Below, piece by piece: positions 39,136 to 51,488 of a stretch of 64,000 nucleotides of DNA. The position numbers were made by a program, and so were the translations under genes. Position 1 is the stretch's first letter. Each line of letters begins with the position of its first letter. The notes beneath the pieces were generated by a model. That model did not search any database, had not been told where the DNA came from, and saw nothing but the letters and a program-made list of their open reading frames with translations. The stretch is from Scyliorhinus canicula (Eukaryota): assembly GCF_902713615.1 (NCBI RefSeq), contig NC_052156.1, positions 111,267,120-111,331,119 on the forward strand, in the 5' to 3' direction.

Positions 39136-39437
39136 GCTTGTGCGCTGACTGGGAGTGAGTGATGAGGGAGCGTTTAAAAGTAGCTCCCCGTTGTTCGCGG
39201 CGAGTCTGGATAATCAGATGGCGAGACCGCCAGTAATGGCGAGAAACTCATGATGGCTCATTTCTGGCACTAAGTGCCGTTAAATACAAGCTGCGATCTC
39301 GCCAACGCGGACGTCGGGAAACACCCCATCAAACACGCCCAAAATCACACTTGGAAATGTTTCCGTTAAGTCGTGCCCTGGATTTCTTATGTTGAGAACC
39401 TCAAGAGCTACATTCTCTCTGCATCTTCTCTATTATG

Positions 39438-39897
39438 TGTAGGAGTGTATGATTATTATTGTAGGAGTAGATGGTTATTAATGTATACAACTGCTGTGGT
39501 CAGCAGCAGATGTTGTGGAACTAAGTTAAAGTATACGTGAAAAACAACACGATTTCAGTTACTCAGTAACTGACTCACCAAAAACACAATAGGTTATAAT
39601 TGATTAAGACATAAACCCAATCAGTGGGGGATAAACCCAATCGGTGGGGGATAAACCCAATCAGTGTGGGGGGGGGGGGGGGGGGGGGGGGGGGGTAATG
39701 TTCTACTGCGGCATATTACAATCAATCCGTGTAAGGAACTGACACTCTCACAGCCCTGCCTCTGAAAGGTGTTATAAAAGTTGTGAAAATTGGAGGCGTT
39801 GTAGAGAAAGAAGTGATAACAGCCTGTAACGTTGAAGACTGAATAAAGTTTAGTACAATTGTACCACAACTCCGGCCCACGTCTCATGAATATAACA
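39438..39897 (+). mobile_element. Solo LTR (460 bp) with an internal 20-bp tandem repeat x3
   Basis: TGTA...AACA; TSD TATG; TATAAAA near 39773; AATAAA at 39842; ATAAACCCAATC(A/G)GTG repeats at 39611-39670. Confidence 0.82.
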
Positions 39898-40828
39898 TAT
39901 GCATTCATATTTTTAAAGATCTTTACTCGATCATCCCTCAGTCTTCTTTATTCAAAAGAAAAGAGATCCTACTTGTCAATCTTCAATTTTGCATATATAT
40001 ATGTATCCATACATTTCATCTTTGTAAATCTCCTCCATACCCTCTGACAGCTTTAAATCCTTTTCAAAATATGGTGACCAGAACTACACAAGGTACTTTA
40101 AATGTGATCTAAGGTTTGCAACAGATTTAGCATAATATCCCTATTTTTCAATTCTTTTTCAATGAACCTTTAAAAATAAAGCCTCATGCTTCATTTGTTT
40201 TTGTTTGATATGACCTTACTATACCTGTACTGTAACATTTAGTGATTGATGAATTTGTACTCTGAGATTCCTTTGTTTCTCTACCCGACCTAGACTTACA
40301 CCGTCCAAGTAACAAATGACCTCTTTTTCCTCCTAAAATGTACAACCACAAGATTGTTGAATTTCATTTGTTGTTTCCTGAACAGATAGCTGACTATCAG
40401 CTTTAATTACATAGAAATTACAAACCAGAAACAGACCCAACTTTGTAAGTTGGGGTTGATGCAATACCCCGTCCTACCACACCCCCTACCAACCGACTCC
40501 ACCACATCCTTTAGCTCCCCACCCCACTACACCTTCTCCCATTACCACCACCCCATCCACCCATTCCCTGTACCCCTGCTGCCCCCCCCCCCCACCTTTC
40601 CTCTGTCCACTTTAACAGATGTAATCAACTGCCCTGAACATTTCTCCCTGATCTCTTCATCCCTCCACCTTCCCCTTCAACAACTCCTTAAACCTAATTT
40701 CTGTGATCACATGTAGGCCACCGCCACTCCTTTCTGATATCTTCCTTGACTCGGCACCCACTTTGGTCTGATGATACCTGAGTGAAGCAGCTTGCGGCAT
40801 TTTCCTACGATAAAGGCTTCATTTAAAT

Positions 40829-41597
40829 CAGTGGTTCTCAATCTTTTTTAACCCATGGACCCCTTTTCCTCTTAATTTGTTTTTGTGGACCCCCATAGTG
40901 AGTAATTAAGAAAAAAATGCAGATTTATTCAATGAGATCCCTGTGGTTGATGCTGCTCAGCGAGTTTTTTTTTATATTCGGCTACATCGAGGTCAATGAT
41001 AGTCGAAGATGACCCTTTTTCACAATGTCGAGTCTATTACGAGCTTTTGATAATAAGTGAAAAACACGACTAAATCCTGATTCAACAAGGTAAGATGATG
41101 GAAAAGCTATAACGTAGAGCTGTGCTTTATCCCAGAGTAGTGGGTATTTTTTAGCAGTGTCATTTGTTTTCCATATATTATGCTTCCCATCTTTGAATTT
41201 TGCGTGCAATATTTCATCACTTTGTAATTCAATGAGGGTCTCCTGTAAAGAAATGTTATTCATAACTTGAGTTAGGATGAAAAATCTGAAAGAAAAATAG
41301 TTTGAATCGAACTATGAACTTTATTAAACATATGAAAACTGCGTTCCAGGCAAAGCAAGGCATATTCTCTTCACCCATAAGTTTATGAATCCCAACGGAG
41401 ATTAGTGGGACAATTAGGGCCACAGCAAATGCACCTTCAGCCCTCAAGGTAAATTAGATAGATTATAATCTCTCTAGTGCTCTATGGACCACTAAAATAT
41501 CACCGTGGACCCCCAATTCGGTATTTTTTTTGTGTGGACCCCCGGTAATGTTACATGGACCCCCAGGGTCCATGTGGACCCCGGTTGAGAACCACTG
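40829..41597 (-). mobile_element. Internally deleted hAT (Charlie/Buster-like) transposon retaining the C-terminal dimerisation-domain fragment (40982-41263)
   Basis: 13-bp perfect TIR CAGTGGTTCTCAA; 8-bp TSD ATTTAAAT (40821-40828, 41598-41605); TGGACCCC subterminal repeats; peptide ..KYPLLWDKAQLYVIAFPSSYLVESGFS..RNRL..LRLSLT. Confidence 0.92.
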
Positions 41598-42084
41598 ATT
41601 TAAATGGAAGTAGTTGTCTTTACCTATTGAACATCCACCAATCCCATGGTTGCATTTTATATCATGTAAGTATTGGTTTAAATTGCAATAAATGTATTGC
41701 AACATGATTTGAATCCAATTTTAGAATTTCCCTTTTCTCATATGTCTACTTATCCCTTTTTGTCTTGAACCCATTACCTAAAATTTTTAGAATTTGCCAT
41801 GACCTTGTTTCAACCACAAACTTTGATGTACCCCACAAACTCACACCTTCATTGCTTGCTTATTCCACAAATTATGATTTTGTTTCCAACTTGCAAACTA
41901 ACAAAAATTGCAAAATTGGATTCAAATCATGTTGCAGAATGTTCAGATTCAAAATCAAGTTACTGTAATTTAAGTCATTACTTACATGATATAAAATGTA
42001 AACCATTAATTAGAATACTCTACCCGGTAGTCTTATAACTCAAATCCTCCTATTCACATTGTTAAACAATACTGAGAGCTCTCT

Positions 42085-42806
42085 AGGGGATTGATTAAGT
42101 TCAGTCCCAGGCGATTGGGGGCCCCTGGATGGCCGGGCTCTGCGCAGCATGGTACCCTGCCGCCCCTGATGCCACCAGGGCACCCTGATACTTCCAGCCT
42201 GACATCCTGGCAATGCCACCCAGCGTGCCCAGGTGGCACTGACAAGGGGGCCATTTTGCATGTGCCGGGAATTGGGCCCGGGGTGCTTTGCCCTAATGGG
42301 GTAGGGTGCGGGGGATGGGGGGGGGGGGGGGGGGAGCACGATGACCCCTATGTAGATGAGTTGGGCCCTTGGGGAGGTCTCGAGTGTGGATAAGACCTCG
42401 GCGGGATGTTCCTCGCCGAGGCTCCGAAATGAAACACGGTAGCATAGTGGTTAGTACGGTTGCTTCACAGCTCCAGGGTCCCAGGTTCGATTCCTGGCTT
42501 GGGTCACTGTCTGTGCGGAGTCTGCATGTTCTCCCAGTGTCTGCGTGGGTTTCCTCCGGGTGCTCCGGTTTCCTCCCACAGTCTAAATATGTGCATGTTA
42601 GGTGGATTGACCATGCTAAATTGCCCTTAGTGTCCAAAATGATTGGGTGGGGTTACGGGGATCGGGTGAATCTGTGGGCTTGGGTAGGGTGCTCTTTCCA
42701 AGGGCCGGTGCAGACTCGATAGGCCAAATGGCCTCCTTCTGCACTGTAAATTCTATGATTCTATGAAGCATAGTCAACAATGTTTCATTTCCGTTAAATC
42801 ACACCC
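42085..42806. mobile_element. Harbinger-type non-autonomous fragment with nested V-SINE
   Basis: Right end GTTAAATCACACCC matches the TIR of the 34509-39378 element; TGCCA/TGGCA subterminal repeats. Confidence 0.6.
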
Positions 42807-43391
42807 ATGATGAAAAAATTACCATCACACACACTTTAGAATTGTATACAGTTATTTTTTGACATTGTGCAAGCGTTACAAGTAATTCGGGAGAGACAGT
42901 AGGTAGCATGCCAAGGTCACTGGGCTAGTAACCATGCGCCCAGGCTAATGGGGCCATGGGTTCAAATCCTACCCGTGGCAGCTGGCGGAATTTAAATTCA
43001 ATTGATAAATCCTGAAATTGAAAGCTGTGAAACTGTGAAACTGCAATCGATGTCTGTAAAAACCCAGCTGGTTCATTAATGCCCTTCAGGGAAGGAAGCC
43101 TGCCGTCTTTACTTGGTCTGGCCCACATGCGTGTCCAGGCCTACAACAATGTGGCTGCCCTCTGAAATGGCCTTGTCAGCCCGTCAGGTTCATGGGAAAT
43201 TCAGGGTACGGCAAACAAATGTGGCCTTCCCAATTAAGCCCACATCCTATGAAAGAATAAAAACAAAACGGGAACTCTATCCCACAAAGACCATAGGTGG
43301 TGGGTTAATTGAAGCTTTCAACTTCAAAATATGTTTGTCAGATAAAGATGTCATGGCAGAGGAAAGGTTACTGGAGTTGTGGCACAAATTA

Positions 43392-44064
43392 GGGCTGGCG
43401 TGGCGGGGGTCCCGGCGTGATGGAGTGGCGTGAAGCACTCCAGCGTCAGGCCGCCCCAAAGGTGCGGAAGTCTCCGCACCTTTAAGGGCCAAGCCCTCAC
43501 CTTGAGGGGCTAGGCCCGCGCCGGAGTGGTTCCCGTCCCGCCGGCTGGCAAGGAATGCCTTTGGCGCCACGCCAGCCAGGGCTGAAGGGACTTCACCGGT
43601 CGGCGGAAGTCCGCGCATGCGCCGAAGCGTCAGCGGCTGCTGACGTCATCCCCGCGCATGCGCAGGGGTGGGGTTCACTTCCGCCCCTTCCATCGTGAGG
43701 ACCATGGGGAAGGCGGAAGGAAAAGAGTGCCCCCACGGCACTGGCCCCATGGCCGATCGGTGGGCCCCGATCGCGGGCCAGGTCACCGTGGGGGCACCCC
43801 CCGGGGCCAGATCGCCCCGCGGCACCCCCCAGAACCCCGGACCCCACCTGCGCCACCTGCTCCCGCCGGTGAGGTAGGTGGTTTGATCCACGCCGGCAGG
43901 AGAGGGTTGACAGCGGCGGGACTTCGGCCCATCACGGGCCGGAGAATCGCCGGGGAGGGCCCGCCGAATCTCTGGTGGCGGAGAATTCAGGACACGCGGG
44001 GGCGGGATTGACGCCGGCCCCCGGCGATTCTCCGACCCGGCGGGGGGGTCGGAGAATTCCGCCC
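43392..44064. mobile_element. GC-rich Harbinger-type MITE (left TIR deleted)
   Basis: Right end GGAGAATTCCGCCC; body similar to 61870-62551. Confidence 0.72.
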
Positions 44065-45027
44065 CAGTTATTATCTGATTAAATGGCTGAACATATTTGA
44101 GGGGCTGAATGACTCACTACTGTTCCAATATTTTATAGAAATTAGAGCACTGGATCAAGCCATTTAATGATGCAGCTAATTGTGTCAATCCCATTTTAAG
44201 GCAGAATTCAGTAAACTGGTAACCTATAGCAAGAAATTATATTTTAAAAATGCTAAAAGTTAATAGGAAAAAATTATGATCCTCGTTATTCTCTTGATGA
44301 AGACGGCCATCAGATCCAGTTGTCCTCTGAATGCTCCTGCATTTAAACTCACAGCTGTCGAGACGGCACAGAAGCAAATGGAATGATGAATCTGCAGGCT
44401 CACAACTCTATAATATTTTGTAAAAATGAAAGATACATGAAAGGGACATCAAGGATTCAGTCTCATCTCGAGATTCAAATCACAGTCAAGAGAGTATCGT
44501 TTGAACTGCCTGGATGAGATAATTTGTTGAGTGATCACTCCCAGGTACCCAATATTGCCTGCTTAATTTAATTGGACACATAAACTCCTCAAATTAAACT
44601 GCAGGTTACTGTATCACTTGCAAAAGCAATTGTTCATTATCTCATGTGAACATTATGTACGAACACCGAGTACTGAATCAGTTGCACCAGCTGACCAATA
44701 ACAGTAATAATATCATATATAAAACTCAAACTCTGACCTTGTGTATATTTATATTTATATGGAACATATCTAACACCCTCCTTTTCTCAGTGTTGCATTG
44801 ATGTGTCAGCCTGGATTAAATGTTCAAGAGGTTGCTGTCGGACTTGAACCCTTTACCTTCCGACTCAGAGGCGTGAAGTGCTGTCAACTAAGGCAGCACT
44901 TTGACCAACTGATTTCATTCTGAACGTCAAATTGACATGAGGAAGCTGTGCAGTGTGAAAATGTCACCATGAAGGCAATGCAGAAGATGACCCTGGACCC
45001 TTCCGGCTCATTCTCTTCCCAGAATGG

Positions 45028-45297
45028 TGATGCGACCATCAATTCACGTGAAACAGAGTGTAGATGTAAATTGTGGCTTTAATCGACTAAAACAGTGCCT
45101 GCCTGCGACTGCGCTGCTACTGAGAGCCGCCTACAGGGCTACTGCTCTGGGGAGGAGCCAGGGGCGGAGCGCACAAAGGCACCACCATGATACATCACAG
45201 GTAATACCTTACAATGTTCCATAGGTGGAGCCCTCATGGGCAACAGTGTGGGACAGTTACATATACGGTGAATGGTTACTGCAATACGTTCACCACA
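45028..45297 (-). mobile_element. Short solo LTR (270 bp)
   Basis: TG...CA; 5-bp TSD AATGG (45023-45027, 45298-45302). Confidence 0.75.
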
Positions 45298-45604
45298 AAT
45301 GGTCACTTTGATTCCTCACCATTTATAGATACAAATTCAAATACATGGATTGAGATAAGAAGACATCCATCAAACAATACTGCTAGTAGGATCCAAGCTG
45401 GTTGGTAAATCTGAAACCAAGACATGGAGCATTTATTTATCTGCGGGTTTACTGACTTGTACAGTCTTACAGCTCTCCTCCGACACAACCCAATGTCCCA
45501 GCTGTCCCCTCTTTATACTACTGTGCTTCGAACTACACCATGAATAAATTAAACAAAAATTACAGGGGTGACAGCGCCTAATGGGGCACTGCAATTAAAA
45601 CATA

Positions 45605-47778
45605 GGGCGCGATTCTCCGGAATAATTTCGAAGTGCGGTAGCGAGCGGGAATTGCCGCAAGCTTCCCGACGTTCGGGCCAGCGAGGTTGGCGAAGCAATT
45701 CAACGTCAATTGGCCCACTTAACAAGGCCTCATGGGCTTCTCATTGCAAATGATGGCTCGCCAGCTGATTCGGTGGCACCGTGCTCACCAGTCAGCCCCC
45801 CCGCTGATAAGTACGAGCAGCGCTGAGCTCACTTGCTCAGCCAACCCCAGCCAGCTTGAAATGATGGCGGCGAGGAGGCCGGCCCCAAGATTCGGGGACA
45901 CTGACTGAGGGAGGCTCCTGGACATGGTGGAGGGCAGGAGGGATGTTCCCCGAGGGTCCCGGAGGGTGAGCCACAGGGTAGCCAGTGCTGCCTGGGATGA
46001 GGTGGCAGCAGCCGTCAACTCGGGGCGTGTGGCCAGGAGGATTGGCCTTCAGTGCCGGGAAAAGGTCAACGACCTAGACCGGGCAGCACCCCCGGGCAGC
46101 CTCCCCCCCAAAGGGAGCATCCAACCCCCCAGGTGACCCCCAGCCCACCCTCTCCCCTCAACCCACACCAACCCCACCTTCCCACCCCATCTATTTGTCT
46201 TTGAGGGCTGAGCAATAGGGGACATTTTGATGCTACGGGTGATGTGCATGTGCCACCGACAAGGGAGCCGGGCCCTCCGGACCCAAAATACCCGGAGGAC
46301 ACCCGCCAGGGGCATCGAGTGTCACAGGACACGATAGGCAGCTGGCTGCCTCCACCTCAGGTGTGCATCCTGGGGAAACACCGAGACGTAGTGGTAGAGC
46401 TAGGAGGGCCAGGCACGTTGAGGATCGCTGAGGGAACTGGGGGAGGGGGTGTAGGTTGGGAGTATGGGGGGGGGGGGGGTGCGTGTTGGGGGGACTGCAC
46501 CACAAGGAGTGGGTCTTGTACAGCACATTAAACTCCTTTTTGCACAACCATTATGATGCCTCTGCCACTTTCTTCCACAATGTGGGCTGACCCCCTGACG
46601 CTTTTCCCATCTCTCCAGACAACCCCCCCCCCCCCCCCCCCCCCCCGTGGCGCTCACTACCCCTCCCCGTGGATATGTCGCCCGAGCTGTATCCCATCCC
46701 CTGGGTGTTCGGATGCTGTGTGTGTGGTGTCGCCTCCCGCAGTGTTCAAGCACAGTGTTGATGCATGAGGGTGTGATTGGGATGCTAGGCACCACCACGG
46801 ACGCCCACCACGGGGATCCACTTGGGTTGTGTGAAGTGCTCAATTAACCACGAATGCCAATTCCCTATTAGCAATGGACTACCCCCTCAGTAATCAGTTG
46901 GGGGGTATGGGTGATCAGTGAGGCAGGTGGGAACAAGTGTTACTCCCGGAATGGGTAAACATGATCCAGAGGTTAGCATGGTGGTGCCATGAACGGTTGC
47001 CTCCTTGTTGCCCCCTAATGTCTCCCCCCCACCCCACCTCCCTCCCCATGGTGACCCACCCCTTCAGAACGGTGTCGGTGGCACATGCACATCACCCGTA
47101 GTATCAAAATGTCCCCTATTGCTCAGCCCTCAAAGACAAATAAATGGGGTGGGAAGGTGGGGTTGGTGTGGGTTGAGGGGCGAGGGTGGGCTGAGGGTCA
47201 CCTGGGGGGTTGGATGCTCCCTTTGGGGGGGAGGCTGCCCGGGGCTGCTGCCCGGTCTAGGTCGTTGACCTTTTCCCGGCACTGAAGGCCAATCCTCCTG
47301 GCCACACTCCCCGAGTTGACGGCTGCTGCCACCTCATCCCAGGCAGCACTGGCTACCCTGTGGCACACCCTCCGGGACCCTCGGGGAACTGCCCTCCACC
47401 GTGTCCAGGAGCCTCCCTCGGTCAGTGTCCCCGAATCTTGGGGCCGGCCTCCTCGCCGCCATCATTTCAAGCTGGCTGGGGTTGGCTGAGCAAGTGCAGC
47501 TAAGCGCTGTTCGTACTTATCAGCGGGGGGGCTGGCTGGTGAGCACGGTGCTGCCGAATCAGCTGGCGAGCCACCCCTTCTCCCCCAGCCGAGGCCCTCA
47601 CCCCCCCACAATCCCAGTGGCAAACCCAGTGCGCCCGGTCTTTTTGCCTGTGAGCCAAGATGGCTACTCACCTCCTCAACTCCCCACAGAAGCCCTTCCG
47701 CCAGGTTCACATTTTTCAAAAGGAGTACTAATCGGCGCCAGTGTGAGCACTTGCTGGCGAGGCCGCTGAATCGTACCC
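45605..47778. mobile_element. Non-autonomous Harbinger fold-back derivative with ~500-bp internal inverted repeat carrying Myb-domain remnants
   Basis: TIRs GGGCGCGATTC / GAATCGTACCC, TSD ATA (45602-45604, 47779-47781). Arms 45754-46261 and 47073-47573 encode MAARRPAPRFGD..AAWDEVAAAVNSG..QCREKVNDL. Confidence 0.87.
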
Positions 47779-47924
47779 ATAACATTAAAATGTTCCCTAT
47801 TTCTCTGCACACAAAGATAGTGAATACCCATCACCTGTTTCTCTTAATCATAAGATTGTAATTTACATTAACAAACCTTTACAATCTGATTAACAAGACA
47901 TTAATAAATGCCACTCTTTCTTTA

Positions 47925-48131
47925 ATGTGGAGATGCCGGCGTTGGACTGGGGTGAGCACAGTAAGAAGTCTTACAACACCAGGTTAAAGTCCAACAGGTT
48001 TGTTTCAAACACGAGCTTTCGGAGCACGGCTCCTTCTGACATTTCACCTGAAGAAGGAGCCGTGCTCCGAAAGCTCGTGTTTGAAACAAACCTGTTGGAC
48101 TTTAACCTGGTGTTGTAAGACTTCTTACTGT
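47925..48131. mobile_element. Penelope-derived 207-bp insertion forming a perfect 80-bp hairpin
   Basis: 12-bp TSD ACTCTTTCTTTA (47913-47924, 48132-48143). Arms 47958-48037 and 48052-48131. Same sequence family as the terminus of the GIY-YIG fragment at 28447-28566. Confidence 0.88.
48045..48079 (+). ncRNA. Minimal type I hammerhead ribozyme motif (Penelope type)
   Basis: CAC-CUGAAGA-A-GGAGC-CGU-GCUCC-GAAA-GC-UC^GUG: intact core, 5-bp stem II, palindromic AGCU stem III, CAC/GUG stem I. Predicted cleavage after 48076. Confidence 0.78.
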
Positions 48132-48230
48132 ACTCTTTCTTTAGGCAGATCATGGGCAATCTACCTATCGTGGTTTGTACTAACTCATTTACTCTTAATA
48201 AAATGCTAATAAATTCGACAGAAAGCTAAT

Positions 48231-48867
48231 GGGCGGTATTCTACCCCACCCCCATGCCGGGTGGGAGAATCGCTGGGGCGCCGTGCGAGTCACGCTATGC
48301 CGCCCTGACACCCGCACACAATTCTCCCACCCCCCCAAAACCAGAATCGTAAGAATCGCGCCGGGCCGCTTGGAGATTCGCCGCAAACGGCGAGCAGCGA
48401 TTCTCCGGCCCGGATGGGACGAGCGGCTGGCGAAAAAAATGACACTCCCGCCGGCGCCGTTAACCCCTGGTTGCTGCCTGTGGGAACTGTGCGGGAACGC
48501 TGGGGGGGCGGCCTGTGGGAGGGTGGGGGGGGGGGAGGGGGTTCCTTCACCGGGGTGGGGGGAGGGGGGACCTCCGATGGGGTCTGGCCCGCGATCGGGG
48601 CCCACCAATCGGTGGGCTGGCCTCTCCCCCCCCCCCCCCCCCCCCCCCCCCCCGGGCCTACCTCCTTCCGTGCCCCAGAACCCCGGTGCATGTTGTGTCG
48701 GGGCCGGCACGGGTTGGCGCAGCCGCGGCGTGAACCGCTCCAGCGCCGTGCTGGCCTCCTGTGGGGGCCAGAACAGGTTGTGCCCGGGCCCTGTTTGTGC
48801 CGTCATGAAACGCGACGGCGTTCACGACGACGCGGGCACTTAGTCCCGGGAGCGGAGAATACCGCCC
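48231..48867. mobile_element. GC-rich Harbinger-type MITE
   Basis: Perfect 12-bp TIR GGGCGGTATTCT / AGAATACCGCCC; flanks AAT/AAA. Confidence 0.8.
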
Positions 48868-50169
48868 AAAATGACTCGGTTCCATCCATTCCAGCACTAT
48901 TTTCCTATTCTTTCTCAATTTCTTCAATTGTATTGGAATTACTATCTAACGATGACTAGTATCATCCAACACCAAGCTTCCAAATCCCACTAATCTGCAG
49001 CCATCCATTGTGTCATCCATTGCACATCCCCCACCCCTACCCCTCACCCCCCCAATCTTGACAGAGTTTTAAAAACTCTGTTAGTTTGTCCCACTAGCTG
49101 CTCTGTGGTGATTGATGGCTGTCACTGATGGAGCACCCGGAGACATGGGGAGAATGTGCATGCACCACATACACAGTAATCCCAGGTCGGAATCTCTGGT
49201 GTTGTGAGGCAGATGTGCTAACCACTGTGTCACTGTGCTGCCTGGTCTCAAGACATGCCAAAGCGCATTGTAACCAATGACGTACTTTTGAAATGTTGTG
49301 TGATAAGCTGTAATGTGGAAAACATTTTGTGCACAGCAAGATCCCACACACAACAGCATGATAATGGCCAGGAAAACTATTTAAATTGTTAGCCGAGGGA
49401 TAAATATTGACCAGGACACCAGAAAGACATCATCTGCTCTCTTTTGAAGTTCAAATTGCATAGAGAATAGTGAATACGCCTGAGTAAGGAGATGCCATTT
49501 TCACATGGTTCACAATATGTGAACCAACAAGGCATGAACTACGCAAAAATAAAGCGATAGGCATGCAGCCTTTAGACTCTATGCACATTGTCTTTTTTTG
49601 GTTGTACAATTGTCTGCTCAATTTCTCCATCGTTAGGCAATTGGAGCTCGTGGTTAACCATTTCCTTTTCACTGAACTAACAAAACATGTTATTTGTCCC
49701 CTTCTTTGAGTCGGGTCTCCATGGAGTTTGCGTCCATCCATCCTAACTTTGTATTTCAGCTGAAGATAACTCTGACGCATGAACAATAGAAATTAAAACT
49801 TAGTCAACACTGAATTTTCAAAAGAAGCCGGGGAGCAATTCCAAATAATTCTCAGCAGAAATGATACTTCTAACCGCAAGGGTAAAACTTGCACCTGATC
49901 TCACTAAACCACTGCTTCCTATGAACAGAATTCATTAAAAAAATTTTTTAAAAAAAATATCCAGTTCATTTCTTGTCCAATTAACGGGCAATTTGGAGTG
50001 GCCAATCCACCTACCCTGCACACCTTTGGATTGTGGGAGGAACGCATAATTTCTTAGAACTATAGAATTCCGAAAGAGCAGAAGGAGGCCATTTGGCCCA
50101 TCGAGTCTGCACCGACCCTCTGAATGTGCGCCCTACCTTGGCGCACTCCCTAATTGCCTTCTCAAAAGA

Positions 50170-50910
50170 CAATCAGGTTATACAGTATATGCAGGACCCT
50201 TAAGTATATTGACAGGCAAAGGGATCTGGGTGTACAGGTCCACAGATCACTGAATGTGTCAACCAACGCAGGTGGAGAAGGTTGTCAAGAAGGTATACAG
50301 CATGCTTACCTTCATTGGCCGGGCACCGAGTATAAAATGAGTAAGTCATGCTGCAGCTGTACAGAACCTTAGTCAGGACGCATGTGGAACATAGCATTCA
50401 ATTCTGGTATCCACATACCAGAAGGATGTGGAGACTTTGGAGAGGGTACGGAAGAGGTTTACCAGGGTGTTGCCTGGTATGGAGGGCATTAGCAGTGAGA
50501 AGAGGTTGGATAAACTTGGTTTGTTCTCACTGGAAGGACGGAAGTTGAGGGGCGACCTGATAGAAGTCTACAAAATTATGGAGGGGCATAGACAGAGTGG
50601 ATAGTCAGAAGATTTTTCCCAGACTGGAAGACTCAATTACTATGGGACATAGGTTTAAGGTGTGAGGAGAAAAGTTTAGAGGAGATTTGCAAGGGAAGAT
50701 TTTTTACACAGAGGGAAGTGGGCGCTGCCGGAGGAGGTGGTGGGAGCAGGTACGATAGTGATTTTTAAGGGGCGTCTTGACAAACACATAAATTGGATGG
50801 TAATAGAAGGATACAGACCCGGAAATGTAAAAAGTTTTAGATTGGACGGGCAGCATGGTCGGCGCAGGCTTGGAGGGCCGAAGGGCCTGTTCCTGTGCTG
50901 TGCTGTTTTT
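50170..50910 (+). mobile_element. Degenerate CR1 3' fragment
   Basis: QRDLGVQVHRSL, LQLYRTLVR; 3'UTR GAGGGCCGAAGGGCCTGT. Confidence 0.8.
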
Positions 50911-51488
50911 TGAAACCGCGAAGCCAGGGGAAACCCACGCAGACATGGGGAGAATGTGGAAACTCCACACACAGTTACCCAAGGCCAGAATTGAACCCGG
51001 GTCTCTGGTGCTATGAGGCAGCAGTGCTAACCACTCTGCTGTGTAGACCAATTTCCAACCATGGAGTTTAAATCTGGTGTTCAGCCTCTGAAGCTATTGT
51101 GGAGTGGAGAGACTAGCTCCTTCCGGATGTCACAACACTCTTTACGCTAATATGAGCTGGGACCTAATTAATTCCGGAATACAAGCTTGATTTACTTTTA
51201 AATGTGACATGAAACTGCTTCCGTCCTCTATGCAAACTTGTTCCGATTTGGAACAGGGTCACTTTAAGAATTCGATCACGTGATGTGCTGATGACATCAT
51301 CAGCAGCAGTTTGGGAGGGTGAACCGTCAGTCTATGCCAGCAGACTGTGTGCCAGCACCTTTCCAATAAAGCTTTGTTTCTTTGGTACATAGAACATAGA
51401 ACATAGAACATAGAACGATACAGCGCAGTACAGGCCCTTCGGCCCTCGATGTTGCACCGACATGGAAAAAATCTAAAGGCCATCTAAC

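Larger units (their letters stand above)
34509..39378. mobile_element. Decayed formerly autonomous PIF/Harbinger DNA transposon (transposase + Myb/SANT gene, convergent)
   Basis: Terminal inverted repeats (TIRs) GGGCGTGATTTAAC / GTTAAGTCGTGCCC (11/14). 3-bp TSD TGG at 34506-34508 and 39379-39381. Contains both Harbinger genes and three nested SINEs. Confidence 0.88.

Noticed and set aside
39611-39670. CRISPR-like repeat array
   Set aside because: Spacer-less 20-bp tandem repeat inside a eukaryotic LTR; no cas genes.
49451-49786. 111-aa ORF in unique-looking sequence
   Set aside because: No recognisable homology or splice context, and the length is within chance expectation.
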